Assembly (NCBI GenBank): GCA_951406725.2
Contig: OX597816.1
Coordinates: 71,052,001-71,116,000, forward strand
Direction: 5' to 3'
Source of the DNA: Octopus vulgaris
Lineage: Eukaryota
Length of the DNA stretch: 64,000 bases
Of this stretch, positions 41,283 to 54,070 are shown piece by piece. Below the pieces are notes generated by a model. That model was not told where the DNA came from. It searched no databases and saw only the letters and a list, made by a program, of their open reading frames with translations. A program made the position numbers and the translations under genes. Within the stretch, counting starts at the first letter, position 1. Every line of letters begins with the position of its first letter.

Positions 41283-41540
41283 ATTTCATCTAGTTTCAGC
41301 TCACGAGCTGTGGCCATACTGGGACACCGCCATTCGGTGTTGCTACATGATTTTACTTCACGAATGCTTTTTAGCAATTGACATTTAGTGCATGAGAGAG
41401 TTTGATGCAGCTGCCCTCATCTGCACCTCCTGCCGTGAAGCTGGTTCATCTGGGACACCTGACAGGAAGGGGTCCAGCTTTATTTTAAAGACATCTGCAT
41501 CCACCCCATGCAGGTCTCTCAGGTCCTTCGGAAGGATAAA
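41283..41540 (-). mobile_element. CR1/L2-group LINE 3' end
   Basis: [32 protein letters not shown]...AAASNSL* is a typical ORF2 end; 3' UTR ggcggtgtcccagtatggccacagctcgtgagctgaaactagatgaaa. Confidence 0.75.
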
Positions 41541-41950
41541 CATATATATACATACATATATACGATTATATATATATACATATATACATGCATGCATATA
41601 CATACACACATATACATATATACATATATATATACATACATATACATGTATGCATATATATACATATATCTATATACATATACACACACACACATATATA
41701 TATATATATACATATATATATTATTTTAATTGTTTCAATCATTTGTCTGCGGCCAAGCTGGAGTACTGCATATATATATATATACATACATTCATACAGA
41801 CACAGTCATGCAAACACGTGTGCGTAAATACAAGTGCGTTTCTATGTGTATGTCTGTGTATGTGCATGTGTATGCGTGCATGTGTGTGTGTGTGAGTTTG
41901 CGCCCACGTTCTCGAGTGCATAATTAACAACGAAACGCATGACAGACGCG

Positions 41951-42192
41951 TCATAGTGACGTCACATGTTCCTGTACGGAGACCACACGAAGCAGCGACG
42001 CTTGCTTTGTGAGACTTGAGTTCAGGTGTTGAGTTTCTGTATGTCGTCGTAGGTCAACTTTACGCTGGAAAGCCCGACCGCATTTGTCACAGGCGAACGG
42101 TTTGAATCCTGTGTGTTTGCGACTGTGTGTGATTAGATTTGATGACTGACTAAAAGCTTTACCGCACTGCAAACACCGATGTGGCTTCTCTC
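41951..42192 (-). CDS. Gfi1: Gfi1/Senseless-family last coding exon: zinc fingers 5-6 and C-terminal tail
   Basis: Acceptor ttgttcgtttcAG ends at 42193. G+GA restores the HTGEKP linker, followed by [52 protein letters not shown] (Gfi1 ZF5-6). TGA stop at 41953-41951. Confidence 0.95.
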
Positions 42193-42299
42193 CTGAAACG
42201 AACAAAAATACAGATATATATATACATATATACATACACATACAAATATATGTATAATTACGATTGGTTTTACAAATGGGAAAGAAGATAATACTTTCT

Positions 42300-42870
42300 A
42301 TTATAAGCACAAGGCCTGAATTTCAGGGGAGGGGGCTAGTCGGTTACATCAACCCCACTACGAAAGGATGAAAGGCAAAGTCGACCTCGGCGGAATTTGA
42401 ACTCAGAACGTAGCGGCAGACGAAATACCTATTTCTTTACTACCCACAAGGGGCTAAACAGAGAGAGGACAAACAAGGACAGACAAACGGATTAAGTCGA
42501 TTATATCGACCCCAGTGCATAACTGGTACTTATTTAATCGACCCCGAAAGGATGAAAGGCAAAGTCGACCTCGGCGGAATTTGAACTCAGAACGTAACGG
42601 CAGACGAAATACCTATTTCTTTACTACCCACAAGGGGCTAAACACAGAGAGGACAAACAAGGACAGAAAAACGGATTAAGTCGATTACATCGACCCCAAG
42701 ATACTTTATTTCACGTTGCTCCAGTGCGTAACTGGTACTTATTTACTCGACCCCGAAAGGATGAAAGACAAGTCGACCTCGGTGGAATTTGAACTCAGAA
42801 CGTAGCTGCAGACTAAATACCGCTAAACATTTCGCCCGGTGTGCTAACGCTTCTGCCAGTTAGACACCTT
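42300..42870 (-). mobile_element. Family A SINE head-to-tail multimer in Gfi1 intron 2
   Basis: The core cgaaaggatgaaag occurs at 42361, 42545 and 42754. Confidence 0.9.
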
Positions 42871-42947
42871 TGGAAAGAAGATAATACATAAGAAAAGAAT
42901 GTGTGTGCGTGGGAGAGAGATAGACAGAGACAGACAAACAGAAAGAA

Positions 42948-43250
42948 TGAAGGCGCGTGGCTTAGTGGTTAAGGTTTTCGGCTCACGATCGTAAGGCCGT
43001 AAGTTCGATTGCTGGCGGTGCTTCGTCCTTGAGCAAGATATTTTATTTCACGTTGCTCCAGTTCACTCAGCTGGCAAAATCGAGTTGTACCTGCAATTCA
43101 GAGAGCAAGCTTTGTCACAGTTTGTGTCACGCTGAATCTCTGACAACTACGTTAAGGGTACGTGTGTCAGTGGAGTGCTCAGCCACTTGCACGTTAATTT
43201 CATGAGCAGGCTGTTCTGTTGATCGTATCAACGAAAGCACTTACCATCGT
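42948..43250 (+). mobile_element. Family C SINE in Gfi1 intron 2
   Basis: gaaggcgcgtggcttagtggttaagg head plus family C core. Confidence 0.85.
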
Positions 43251-43384
43251 ATGAGTGCACAAGCAAACTTTGTGTCCACACCTATACTTAATCCGTGCTA
43301 CCATTCACAATCTGTTATGTCAGTGAGTTTTCACATTTATCTACAGCAATCAAGCGACATTAACGATATTTTTGATACATTCTA

Positions 43385-43943
43385 TTGGGTTGTCCGGAAA
43401 GTTCGTGCCGATTTATACTAGCTTACCTTTCGACTTATTTTAGAACATGGTTGAGCCCATAAAATAGGATTTGACTTAACCTCCATTTAGAGTACAGTTT
43501 AAGCTATCTTTTCGTGGAAGAAGGTTTATGTTCCTATAACCTGTGTTAATTCTGTAACCCTTTAAAATGGAAGATAAGAAAGTTCATTTTCGGCATTTGG
43601 GAATCAGACAAAAATTGCTGCAGCTCGGCTGGGATGTGTTACCCCCACCCTCCATATTCACCAGATATTGTTCCTTCGGATTTCCACTTATTCAGGTCTC
43701 TGCAGAATAGTGTTAATGGTAAAAATTTCAATTCCTTGGATGGCGTAAAAAGATACCTTGATGAATTCTTTGCCATGAAACCACCTGAATTCTGGGAAGA
43801 GGGTATTTTCAAGTTAAAGGAAAGATGGAGAAGCATTGTGCAACAAAATGGTAGATATTTGGTTGATTAAAAACGTAATGGCAAGTATTTATTGACCTTT
43901 ATCTTTCCTTTAAAAATCGGCACGAACTTTCCGGACAATCCAA
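43385..43943 (+). mobile_element. Internally deleted mariner transposon
   Basis: TIR ttgggttgtccggaaagttcgtgccgattt / aaatcggcacgaactttccggacaatccaa. The N-terminal MEDKKVHFRH is joined to the C-terminal GWDVL..HPPYSPDIVPSDFHLFRSL...ERWRSIVQQNGRY with a frameshift. Confidence 0.92.
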
Positions 43944-44001
43944 TGATTATTTGCTATAGAAACATCCTTGACATTTTATACATACATACATTCATACATA
44001 C

Positions 44002-44102
<101 letters not shown>

Positions 44103-44205
44103 CTTTTACAATAGTATTGGCATAAACCTCTTAAGTTGTTCAATAACTCCTGTTAGTATTCACAACTAAAGAAAACATAGAAATATCTATTTATGTGTTT
44201 GAACA

Positions 44206-44274
<69 letters not shown>

Positions 44275-44654
44275 ATTACATCATGAAAAGTCAGTTCGGA
44301 AATGTAAAACACATCTACAGTCTTGTATTGATTTCCAGGTCGTAGATGCATGATGAAACCTTTGACACTTTGTAAGATACAGTAGAATAAAACATAAGGG
44401 AGAATCACAACATATATGAGCGTGTTTTAAAGGGCTTCTATGACTGACGATTGATCCTTTCCGTTGCAACACATAACTCAGTCTTATCTCAACTTTAGTC
44501 TACTTAACTCTCAGCGGATTTTATTTGGGCGCTTTTAGTTTATTAGGTCAATAGGTCAGAGATGGATTAAGCGCTTGTTGAAAACCCCACTTTTCCAGCA
44601 CTGCAGATATTTGCCCCTGTTTTACTTACAAAAATAGTTCACAGAACTCAATCG

Positions 44655-44805
44655 GTAGAGTATCAAAGTGTTACTTATCCAATACGTAACTTAAGCGATC
44701 TGAGGTTTGCGGGTTCAAATTCCTCTGTGGGCGATACAATACTCTTTACAATGACAGTGCCCCAGCATGACCGCAGCCCACAGACTGAAACGGTTAAAAG
44801 AGTAA
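44655..44805 (+). mobile_element. Short tRNA-headed SINE with a family-B-type tail
   Basis: gggttcaaattcc B box followed by gtgccccagcatgaccgcagcccacagactgaaac. Confidence 0.5.
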
Positions 44806-45439
44806 TAATCTAACCTTTCACTTTAGATTGTTTAAAACTGAACCTCACCCATGACTCCTTTCGGGACTTTTGAGAGAGATAGAAGAAAGAGTGAATGTTA
44901 TGATCAGATTTAAAACCTGACCTGAATATCTGCAACAAGATAGATTCTGTTGAAGACATTTTGAAGACATCCCAGGTCAGGTGATGATGTTAAACCAGGT
45001 GACGGATTAAAGTACTTAAAGCACGTTTCTCACAACCATCACATTCTTTTTTAAAGACAGCAGTAATGTGGTTGATCACATCAACAGTGGCATAGTTAAA
45101 GTGGGTGTGCCCTCCCAATCAGGGGCAGCCTTTGAGTTTGCGGTGCCCCCACATTGTCCGAAGCTTGTATCGGATTATACAACTTATACAGAACACCCCC
45201 AAAGTGCCGCCACCATAAAGCGTCATCCAGGACCAAGCGTCACTCTCGTCACCCACTGGCTACGTTGCTGCAACTGACTTCATAGAAGCTCTTCTGTTAG
45301 AGAAATTAATAAAAAAAATTAGTAAGATGCTTTTTGAGTGTTTTGTTTCTTATACAGTAAATACTTTACTGCATAGTACAAAGTGTCAAAAGGTTTCGTC
45401 GTGCTTCTATAACCTAGACATCGGTACAAGACCGCATAT

Positions 45440-45738
45440 CAGGCGTCGGCGAACCGGGGTAAATTACCCTAAGTGGGGTAAAAATGAAATTCCTGGGGGT
45501 AATGAGGACGCATTAGACAAGTAAAATTATATTTTAAAAAAGTGTTCCTTGTTATGACAGAATTTTTTCTTCTGACAACACTGTGTCTATCCAGTGTAAA
45601 TAGATTCAATAAAATAGATTTAATAAACCTTTTGAATTCAAAGAATTTATGATTTTCTTCCTTTCAAATCAAGAGGGTGACGTCGGCGTAAATAAATATA
45701 TTTTGGGGTAATTTGTTAATAAACTTCCCCGACCCCTA
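45440..45738. mobile_element. hAT MITE 72 nt from the Gfi1 exon 2 donor
   Basis: Ends caggcgtcggcgaa / ttccccgaccccta; TSD ccgcatat / ccgtatat. Confidence 0.75.
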
Positions 45739-45810
45739 CCGTATATGACTTTTCACGGTGTAATTACATCTAAATATTAACGTTAGTCGACCCGTTTTCG
45801 ATCTACTTAC

Positions 45811-47049
45811 CTGTGTGTATATAGGTGTGTTTCTTCATATCAGATTTCTGATGGAATCTTTTCCCACAATAAGGGCACGGATATGGGCGAGTATCACTAT
45901 GTATCAGTAAATGTGTGGAAAGCGTTGAAGACCTTTTAAAAGATTTTCCGCATTGCTGACACTCGAACGTTCGCTCCTGGGTGTGGACTGACCTATGATG
46001 GCTCAAACTGACAGCGTGACCGAACGTCTTCTGGCACACGTCACACGCATATGGTCTTGAACCTGTATGAGATCGCCGTACATGCACTTCGAGTCCATGA
46101 GGTGTGCCAAATAGTTTGTTGCAGTTGATACATTCAAATGTCGATGAAGTGGAGTCGGGCGCCGCCATGCTACTGTGGAGATGGCAATTATTATTAGTAT
46201 TACTGTTATTGTTGTTGCTGTTGTTGTTGTTGTTGTTACTACAACTTTTATTATTATTATTATTATTAATATTATTGTTGTTATTATTAATGTTATTGTT
46301 TGGGTTATTATTGAGGATGTCGTAATGGATGGCCTGTCTATCTACATGAATACTATTTATACTACTGATGCTGTTGTTGTTGTTGTTGTTGATGATATTG
46401 TTGCTGTTGCCATAGTTATAACTGTTGTCGCTCAGATGCTCACTTCCGCCATCCGGAACATTACGTAATTCTGGGATAGCTGATGACCCTTGACTAGACG
46501 AGAGCAAGTTGGACGAAAACGACGACGACGACGACGACGATGACGACAACGACGATGATGATGATGAAGAGGACGCTAAAGCTGATGAGGTCGATAGGGA
46601 ATTCGGATATGACGATGAAATGGAAGATACAGAGGCTAAAGTTGATGTTGAGGAAGCGGAAGAAGAAACGGAAGATATTGACGATGTGGGGTTAATAGTC
46701 AATATTGGTGATGAGGTTGATGATGGTGGTAGAGACGGTGTTGATGACGTAACTATACTGCCATTACACTCAAGGAAATTTAAGTTCTCTGGATAACTAT
46801 TTGGCTTATTCAAAGGATTTTGGTACCAAAATTGGTAATCGAGCGTAAATGGGAGAGGTGGTGCTACAGCTTGGTCCCCGTAAACGTTCTTTTTGGTCAA
46901 GTAAATATCTGTAAATAATGAGCGGTTGGTATCTTGGGACACTGGCGGTGGTGGCGTTACAAATGGCAATCCGTTCTGGTTGGTACTTAAGCTGTTTTGG
47001 TACATGTTCTGTATAGGGTACTTGCCTGGTACATACACAGTACCTTGAA
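45811..47049 (-). CDS. Gfi1: Gfi1/Senseless-family coding exon 2: Ser/Asn-rich low-complexity region plus zinc fingers 1-4
   Basis: The ORF contains [70 protein letters not shown] and [23 protein letters not shown], matching Gfi1 ZF1-4. Acceptor ttccatttcAG ends at 47050; donor G|GTAAGT at 45811/45810; 1239 nt, phase 1-1. Confidence 0.95.
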
Positions 47050-47142
47050 CTGAAATGGAATTAAATGACACGTGATAAGTATAGGACTGAGATCATTAAA
47101 CATACAAATTATACAAATATATATATACAAATAAATTAATAT

Positions 47143-47482
47143 GCTAGCAGAATCATTAGCACGCCGAGCGAATTGCTAAGCGGTATTTCATCTGCCGCTA
47201 CGTTCTGAGTTCAAATTCCGCCGAGGTCAACTTTGCCTTTCATCCTTTCGAGGTCGATAAATTAAGTACCAGTTACGCACTGGGGTCGATATAATCGACT
47301 TAATCCGTTTTTCTGTCCTTGTTTGTCCTCTCTGTGTTTAGCCCCTTGTGGGTAGTAAAGAAATAGGTATTTCTCTGTTTTTACGTTCTGAGTTCAAATT
47401 CCGTCGAGGGCAACTTTGCCTTTCATCCTTTCCGGATAAATAAAATAACTATCAGTTGAACACTTGAGTTGATGTAATCGAC
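47143..47482 (+). mobile_element. Family A SINE plus partial second unit in Gfi1 intron 1
   Basis: Consensus-like unit followed by the aaagaaata|ggtatttc junction. Confidence 0.88.
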
Positions 47483-47913
47483 AAAACTACTGAGTATAAA
47501 AACTACAACCCTCTGCTGAGCCAGCTTGGCAGAGCAGGCTCATCAAACCAATATGATCTCATGCTGTTCTCTGGTGGAGAGAACATGCTGAGACGTGCCT
47601 CCTGCAGAGGATTGAACATGGGCAATCCAATCCAATCCCGTCTAAATTAACATAGTTATGGCTATGTTTTATGTAACATCTTTTATAAATGACGCAAAAA
47701 ATGATAGAACGCTTGTTCTTGTTATATACGTGTTCATCCATGTTTTAGTTCTTCGTTACTCTTTCGAGCTACTCATTTCTTATAGCTATCTGTATCGACT
47801 ATGCTATCGCATGTCGTTACACACCACTTGTCACAATGTGCTTCCTCGCTGGCTAGGCGGGCCGGCCAACATCTCTCTGAACGTGTGAACAAACCAGATA
47901 CTCGGCCACTAGC

Positions 47914-47988
<75 letters not shown>

Positions 47989-48711
47989 GTCCAGAATCAA
48001 CTGAAGTTGAACAGTCCATACTGATGAGGCAACGAAAACTGCCGAAACTGACCGGTCGATATAGGGAATTCTTGATGGGTGTTTTCGGGCGTTTATAGTC
48101 CCTGTCAATATATATGTTTGCAATTATGTGCTTTGACTACATCATTAGAACATCTTAGCTCTTATTTCTAGCAATGTAGGTGTTTCTAACACCCTAGTCA
48201 TATTTAGCGACAATTATAGTTTTCCTTTTTGGTAAAACATTGCACACTGCTGTCTTCATTAATTATATGTGGGCATGTGTGTGTGTGTATTCCTGGAATA
48301 CACACACACACACACGCCCACATATAATTAATGAAGACAAGTTTACAGAAGCTATATTCGGCCACTTAGACTAAAGTCTGAAAATAAATAAGCAATGCGT
48401 TATGCCTACAAAATACAGACACTAGAAAACGTAACAGAAATTGACAGAAACAAATCAAATTCTAACACATCCTGTTTCACACACACACAGTAATTAAGGC
48501 AATCGTTTAAATATTAAGTAGAGCGTCAAAAGAAGTATTGCAAGGCAATTTTTTTCCGACACTCTTACGATTCTGCCCAAATAATAATAAATAGCAATGT
48601 CAAAAAAGAATAACAAAAGAGCAACAAGAAAGAACTTTCAAAATGGAGGACATATACATTGGGTGATTCGGAAGACAAATTAAAAAGCGTAACCATTGAA
48701 GTGATTATATA

Positions 48712-49064
48712 CAGGGTGATTCAAAAGTCGCCGTACATAGGAACAATCTATCTTTTTATAAGAAACAGTTTATAAGAACAGTTATTTTTTACCATTGTTT
48801 TGACTACTCATTGCAATACGTTTACCCCACTCATTGTGAACTCGTAACAGCACATCTGGTGATACGTGTGCAAATGACTTGGTGATGCGTTCCTTCAAAT
48901 GATTTATGTCTTTTATCTTTCCGCGATACACCATGCCTTTCAAATGCTCCCAAAGATAGAAATCAAGAGGGGTCAGATCAGGGGTTCTAGGGAATCTTAT
49001 AAACTGATTCCTATTAAAAAAAAAAAAGATTTTGCCTATGTATGGAGACTTTTGAGTCACCCTG
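48712..49064 (-). mobile_element. Internally deleted Tc1/mariner-type element 22 nt from the exon 1 donor
   Basis: TA-cagggtgattcaaaagtcgccgtacatagg ... cctatgtatggagacttttgagtcaccctg-TA; minus-strand remnant PRTPDLTPLDFYLWEHLKGMVY. Confidence 0.88.
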
Positions 49065-49086
49065 TAGGAGATTGATTGCAACTTAC

Positions 49087-49192
49087 GTGATTTTGAGTCG
49101 TTATCGATCCAGGGTCGAAATGCCGTGTAGTCTCCACCAACTGTAGTAATACGAGTGGCTTCTTCTTTCTTAATCACCAAAGAACAAGGCAT
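49087..49192 (-). CDS. Gfi1: Gfi1/Senseless-family zinc-finger repressor, first coding exon (degenerate SNAG-like N-terminus, FRPW motif)
   Basis: ATG at 49192 reads MPCSLVIKKEEATRITTVGGDYTAFRPWIDNDSKS plus 1 nt (106 nt), then a canonical GTAAGT donor (plus strand acttac 49081-49086). Phase 1 matches the exon 2 acceptor (C+TT = Leu). A candidate acceptor ttttacgtttacAG ending at 49225 suggests an upstream non-coding exon. Confidence 0.75.
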
Positions 49193-49942
49193 ATTAGTTG
49201 TTGAACCTGGCTCCTTGGCAGCAACTGTAAACGTAAAACAAATTGACATGCAAACACATTAGCTTTATATGACAGTATAAAAGGAAAGGGAAGAAAGGAG
49301 ACTGATAAAGACAACGTTGATGATGGCGGTAAAGTAACAGAGTAACAGCGAAGAACAAAATGCTTTGCAGTACATGTTCCGATTCTCTGCACTCCGAGTT
49401 CGAATCCCGCAGAGGCCAACTTTGCAGTTCATCTCTTTCGATGCCGATCAATTAAAGTACCAGTGCAAATTCCAAATGACACTAGATTGGTCTCAGATAA
49501 TGGTTAGGGTAGGTTTAATCTGTCACCCAGTTTAACACCACAAACTGGTCCTTGGGTACTTATAACGGAGCACATTTTGTTGCAAGTATTCGAAACGAGT
49601 TTCCAACTTTGATGACAACATAACATAGTTGTGGAAAGATGGGGTGGGGGTCAGGCGAAAGCATCTGTTCCAGACGACGTTTTTATGGCACCATCACTTC
49701 TGGGTCTGCTGTATAAACTTGTATAAACGAGGACCTAATGGCGAGTTGGCTGAATCGTTATAATGTTGGTGAAAAACTGCCTTGCAATATTTCTTCAGGG
49801 TCTTTACCTTTTGAGTTCAAATAGCACCGATGTCGACTTTGTACCAGTTAAATAAGTACCAGTTGAACACTATAATCGATGTAATCGTCTATTTCCCTCA
49901 CCAAATTTCAAGCTTTGGGATTATACTAGAAATTATTATTAC

Positions 49943-50013
<71 letters not shown>

Positions 50014-50014
<1 letters not shown>

Positions 50015-50571
50015 TGAGAGAGAGAGCAGTGCATGCCATCAAAGTGACACTGGGGTAAAATATACGAAGCCCAGTATACCCATCATGACTACCCGTCTGA
50101 TAAGGGTACACTAGGCCCATGCATCATAACCATAAGTGCGCGACATGGTGATCGCATATCAAGATAAAAAGCACATGACCTTGCAGGTGGGGCCTAGTTA
50201 GGATTTTCTTCAGGTCGAATAATCCATCCCGCTCAAAAGGTCCCTGAATAAGGATTGTTTAAGGATGCTGAATGAAACACCCATGTTTCGAGAGGTGATT
50301 TATTCAAACTCCAAAATAATCCTTTTCAACACATGGCTATGATGCTCCCTTACTACTTCTGCTCGTGATCAGAGATGCACATATCGTCAGCCACTAAGGG
50401 ACATGGTCAACTGGTTAAGGTCAAACAACTGACAAGCAAATATTTGGTATTGAGCAGAATATTTGCTGTAACCCATCTTTTATACCAAGACAAAGCAATG
50501 TACATGATAACACTTCCAATCAGTTAAGATCAGAAGCCATGAGAGCCACTGCTTGGTACTGCATCAGGGCA
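50014..50571. mobile_element. ~560-bp interspersed repeat embedded in (TAA)n, longer copy
   Basis: Homologous to 10796-11256 and to an inverted fragment at ~40205-40365; TTA tracts on both flanks. Confidence 0.85.
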
Positions 50572-50577
50572 TTTATT

Positions 50578-50654
<77 letters not shown>

Positions 50655-51094
50655 AGGCGGCGAGCTGGCAGAATCGTTAGCGCACTGGGTAAAATACTTA
50701 GCGGCATTTCGTCCGTCTTTACGTTCTGAGGTCAAATTCCACCAAGGTTGACTGTCTTTCATTTTTCGGGGTCGATAAAATAAGCACCTGTTAGACACTG
50801 GGGTCGATGCAATCGACTTGCATCATACCCCAAAACTGCAGCCCCTGGGCCAAAATTTGAAACCAAAATATTACTATTATGGCGGCGAGCTGGTGGAATT
50901 GTTAGCACGTCGGGGAAAATGCTTAGCAGAATTTCATCCCCTTTTAATGTTCTGAGGTCAGTTCTGCCGAGGTCAACTTCGCATTTCATTCTTTCGGGAT
51001 CGATAAAATAAGTACCATTTGAAGAATGAAGTCGATATAATCGACTTATTGCCTTCCTCAAAATTTCAGGCCTTGTGCCTATCGTAGAAAGATA

Positions 51095-51095
<1 letters not shown>
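50655..51095 (+). mobile_element. Two family A SINEs
   Basis: ggcggcgagctgg heads at 50656 and 50881. Confidence 0.8.
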
Positions 51096-51153
<58 letters not shown>

Positions 51154-51525
51154 CATTATTATTATTATTATTATTATTAGCAGCAGCAGCAGCGGCGGCG
51201 GCAGCGGCAGCTTCTGATAAATTATAAGTGTGACTCAACGGGCTGGAGTAACATAACTCAGTTGAGAAGCATTTGCACAAAATATTTCTCCAATCTGTCC
51301 TTTCCTATAGCTTCATAGCTGGTAAATTACACACACGTGCGCGGGCACGCACACATACACAGACACACACGCGCGTTTACACATATACTTACATATATAT
51401 ATTACAGACATGCACACACACACACACACACACACATATACATAGGTGTATTATAGCTATGTATATGCTACATATATAAGTATATATACAAGCATGCACA
51501 TACACAGGTATAATATATACGTATG

Positions 51526-51578
<53 letters not shown>

Positions 51579-51639
51579 TTTATGTATATTATGTGTGTGT
51601 GTGTACTCGTATATATATATTAATTTATATATGTATGTA

Positions 51640-51835
51640 TTCTTTTACTTGTTTCAGTCATTTGACTGCAGCCATGCTGGAGCACCGCATTTAGTCGAAC
51701 AAATCGATCCTAGGACTTATTCTTTGTAAGCGTAGTACTTATTCTATCGCTTACTTTTGCCGAACCGCTACATTACTGGGACGTAAACACACCAGCATCG
51801 GTGTCAAGGGATGGTAGGGGGAGAAGCAGACACAC
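51640..51835 (-). mobile_element. Family B SINE 3' half
   Basis: Reverse complement of the family B tail and body. Confidence 0.8.
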
Positions 51836-51839
51836 AAAT

Positions 51840-54070
<2,231 letters not shown>

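Noticed and set aside
42193-42310. N-terminal part of the 119-aa ORF ([10 protein letters not shown]...)
   Set aside because: This is intronic read-through upstream of the exon 3 acceptor.
46509-46796. Acidic D/E-rich ORF on the + strand
   Set aside because: It is the antisense reading of the poly-Ser region of Gfi1 exon 2.
47050-47071. ORF-track start MSFNSISV for the 422-aa ORF
   Set aside because: The start is a GTG inside the intron's acceptor region; the exon begins after the AG at 47050.
48782-49249. 155-aa ORF as a Gfi1-transposase fusion protein
   Set aside because: A strong GTAAGT donor at 49086 precedes the transposon. The in-frame read-through would need intron retention, and only a small transposase fragment remains.
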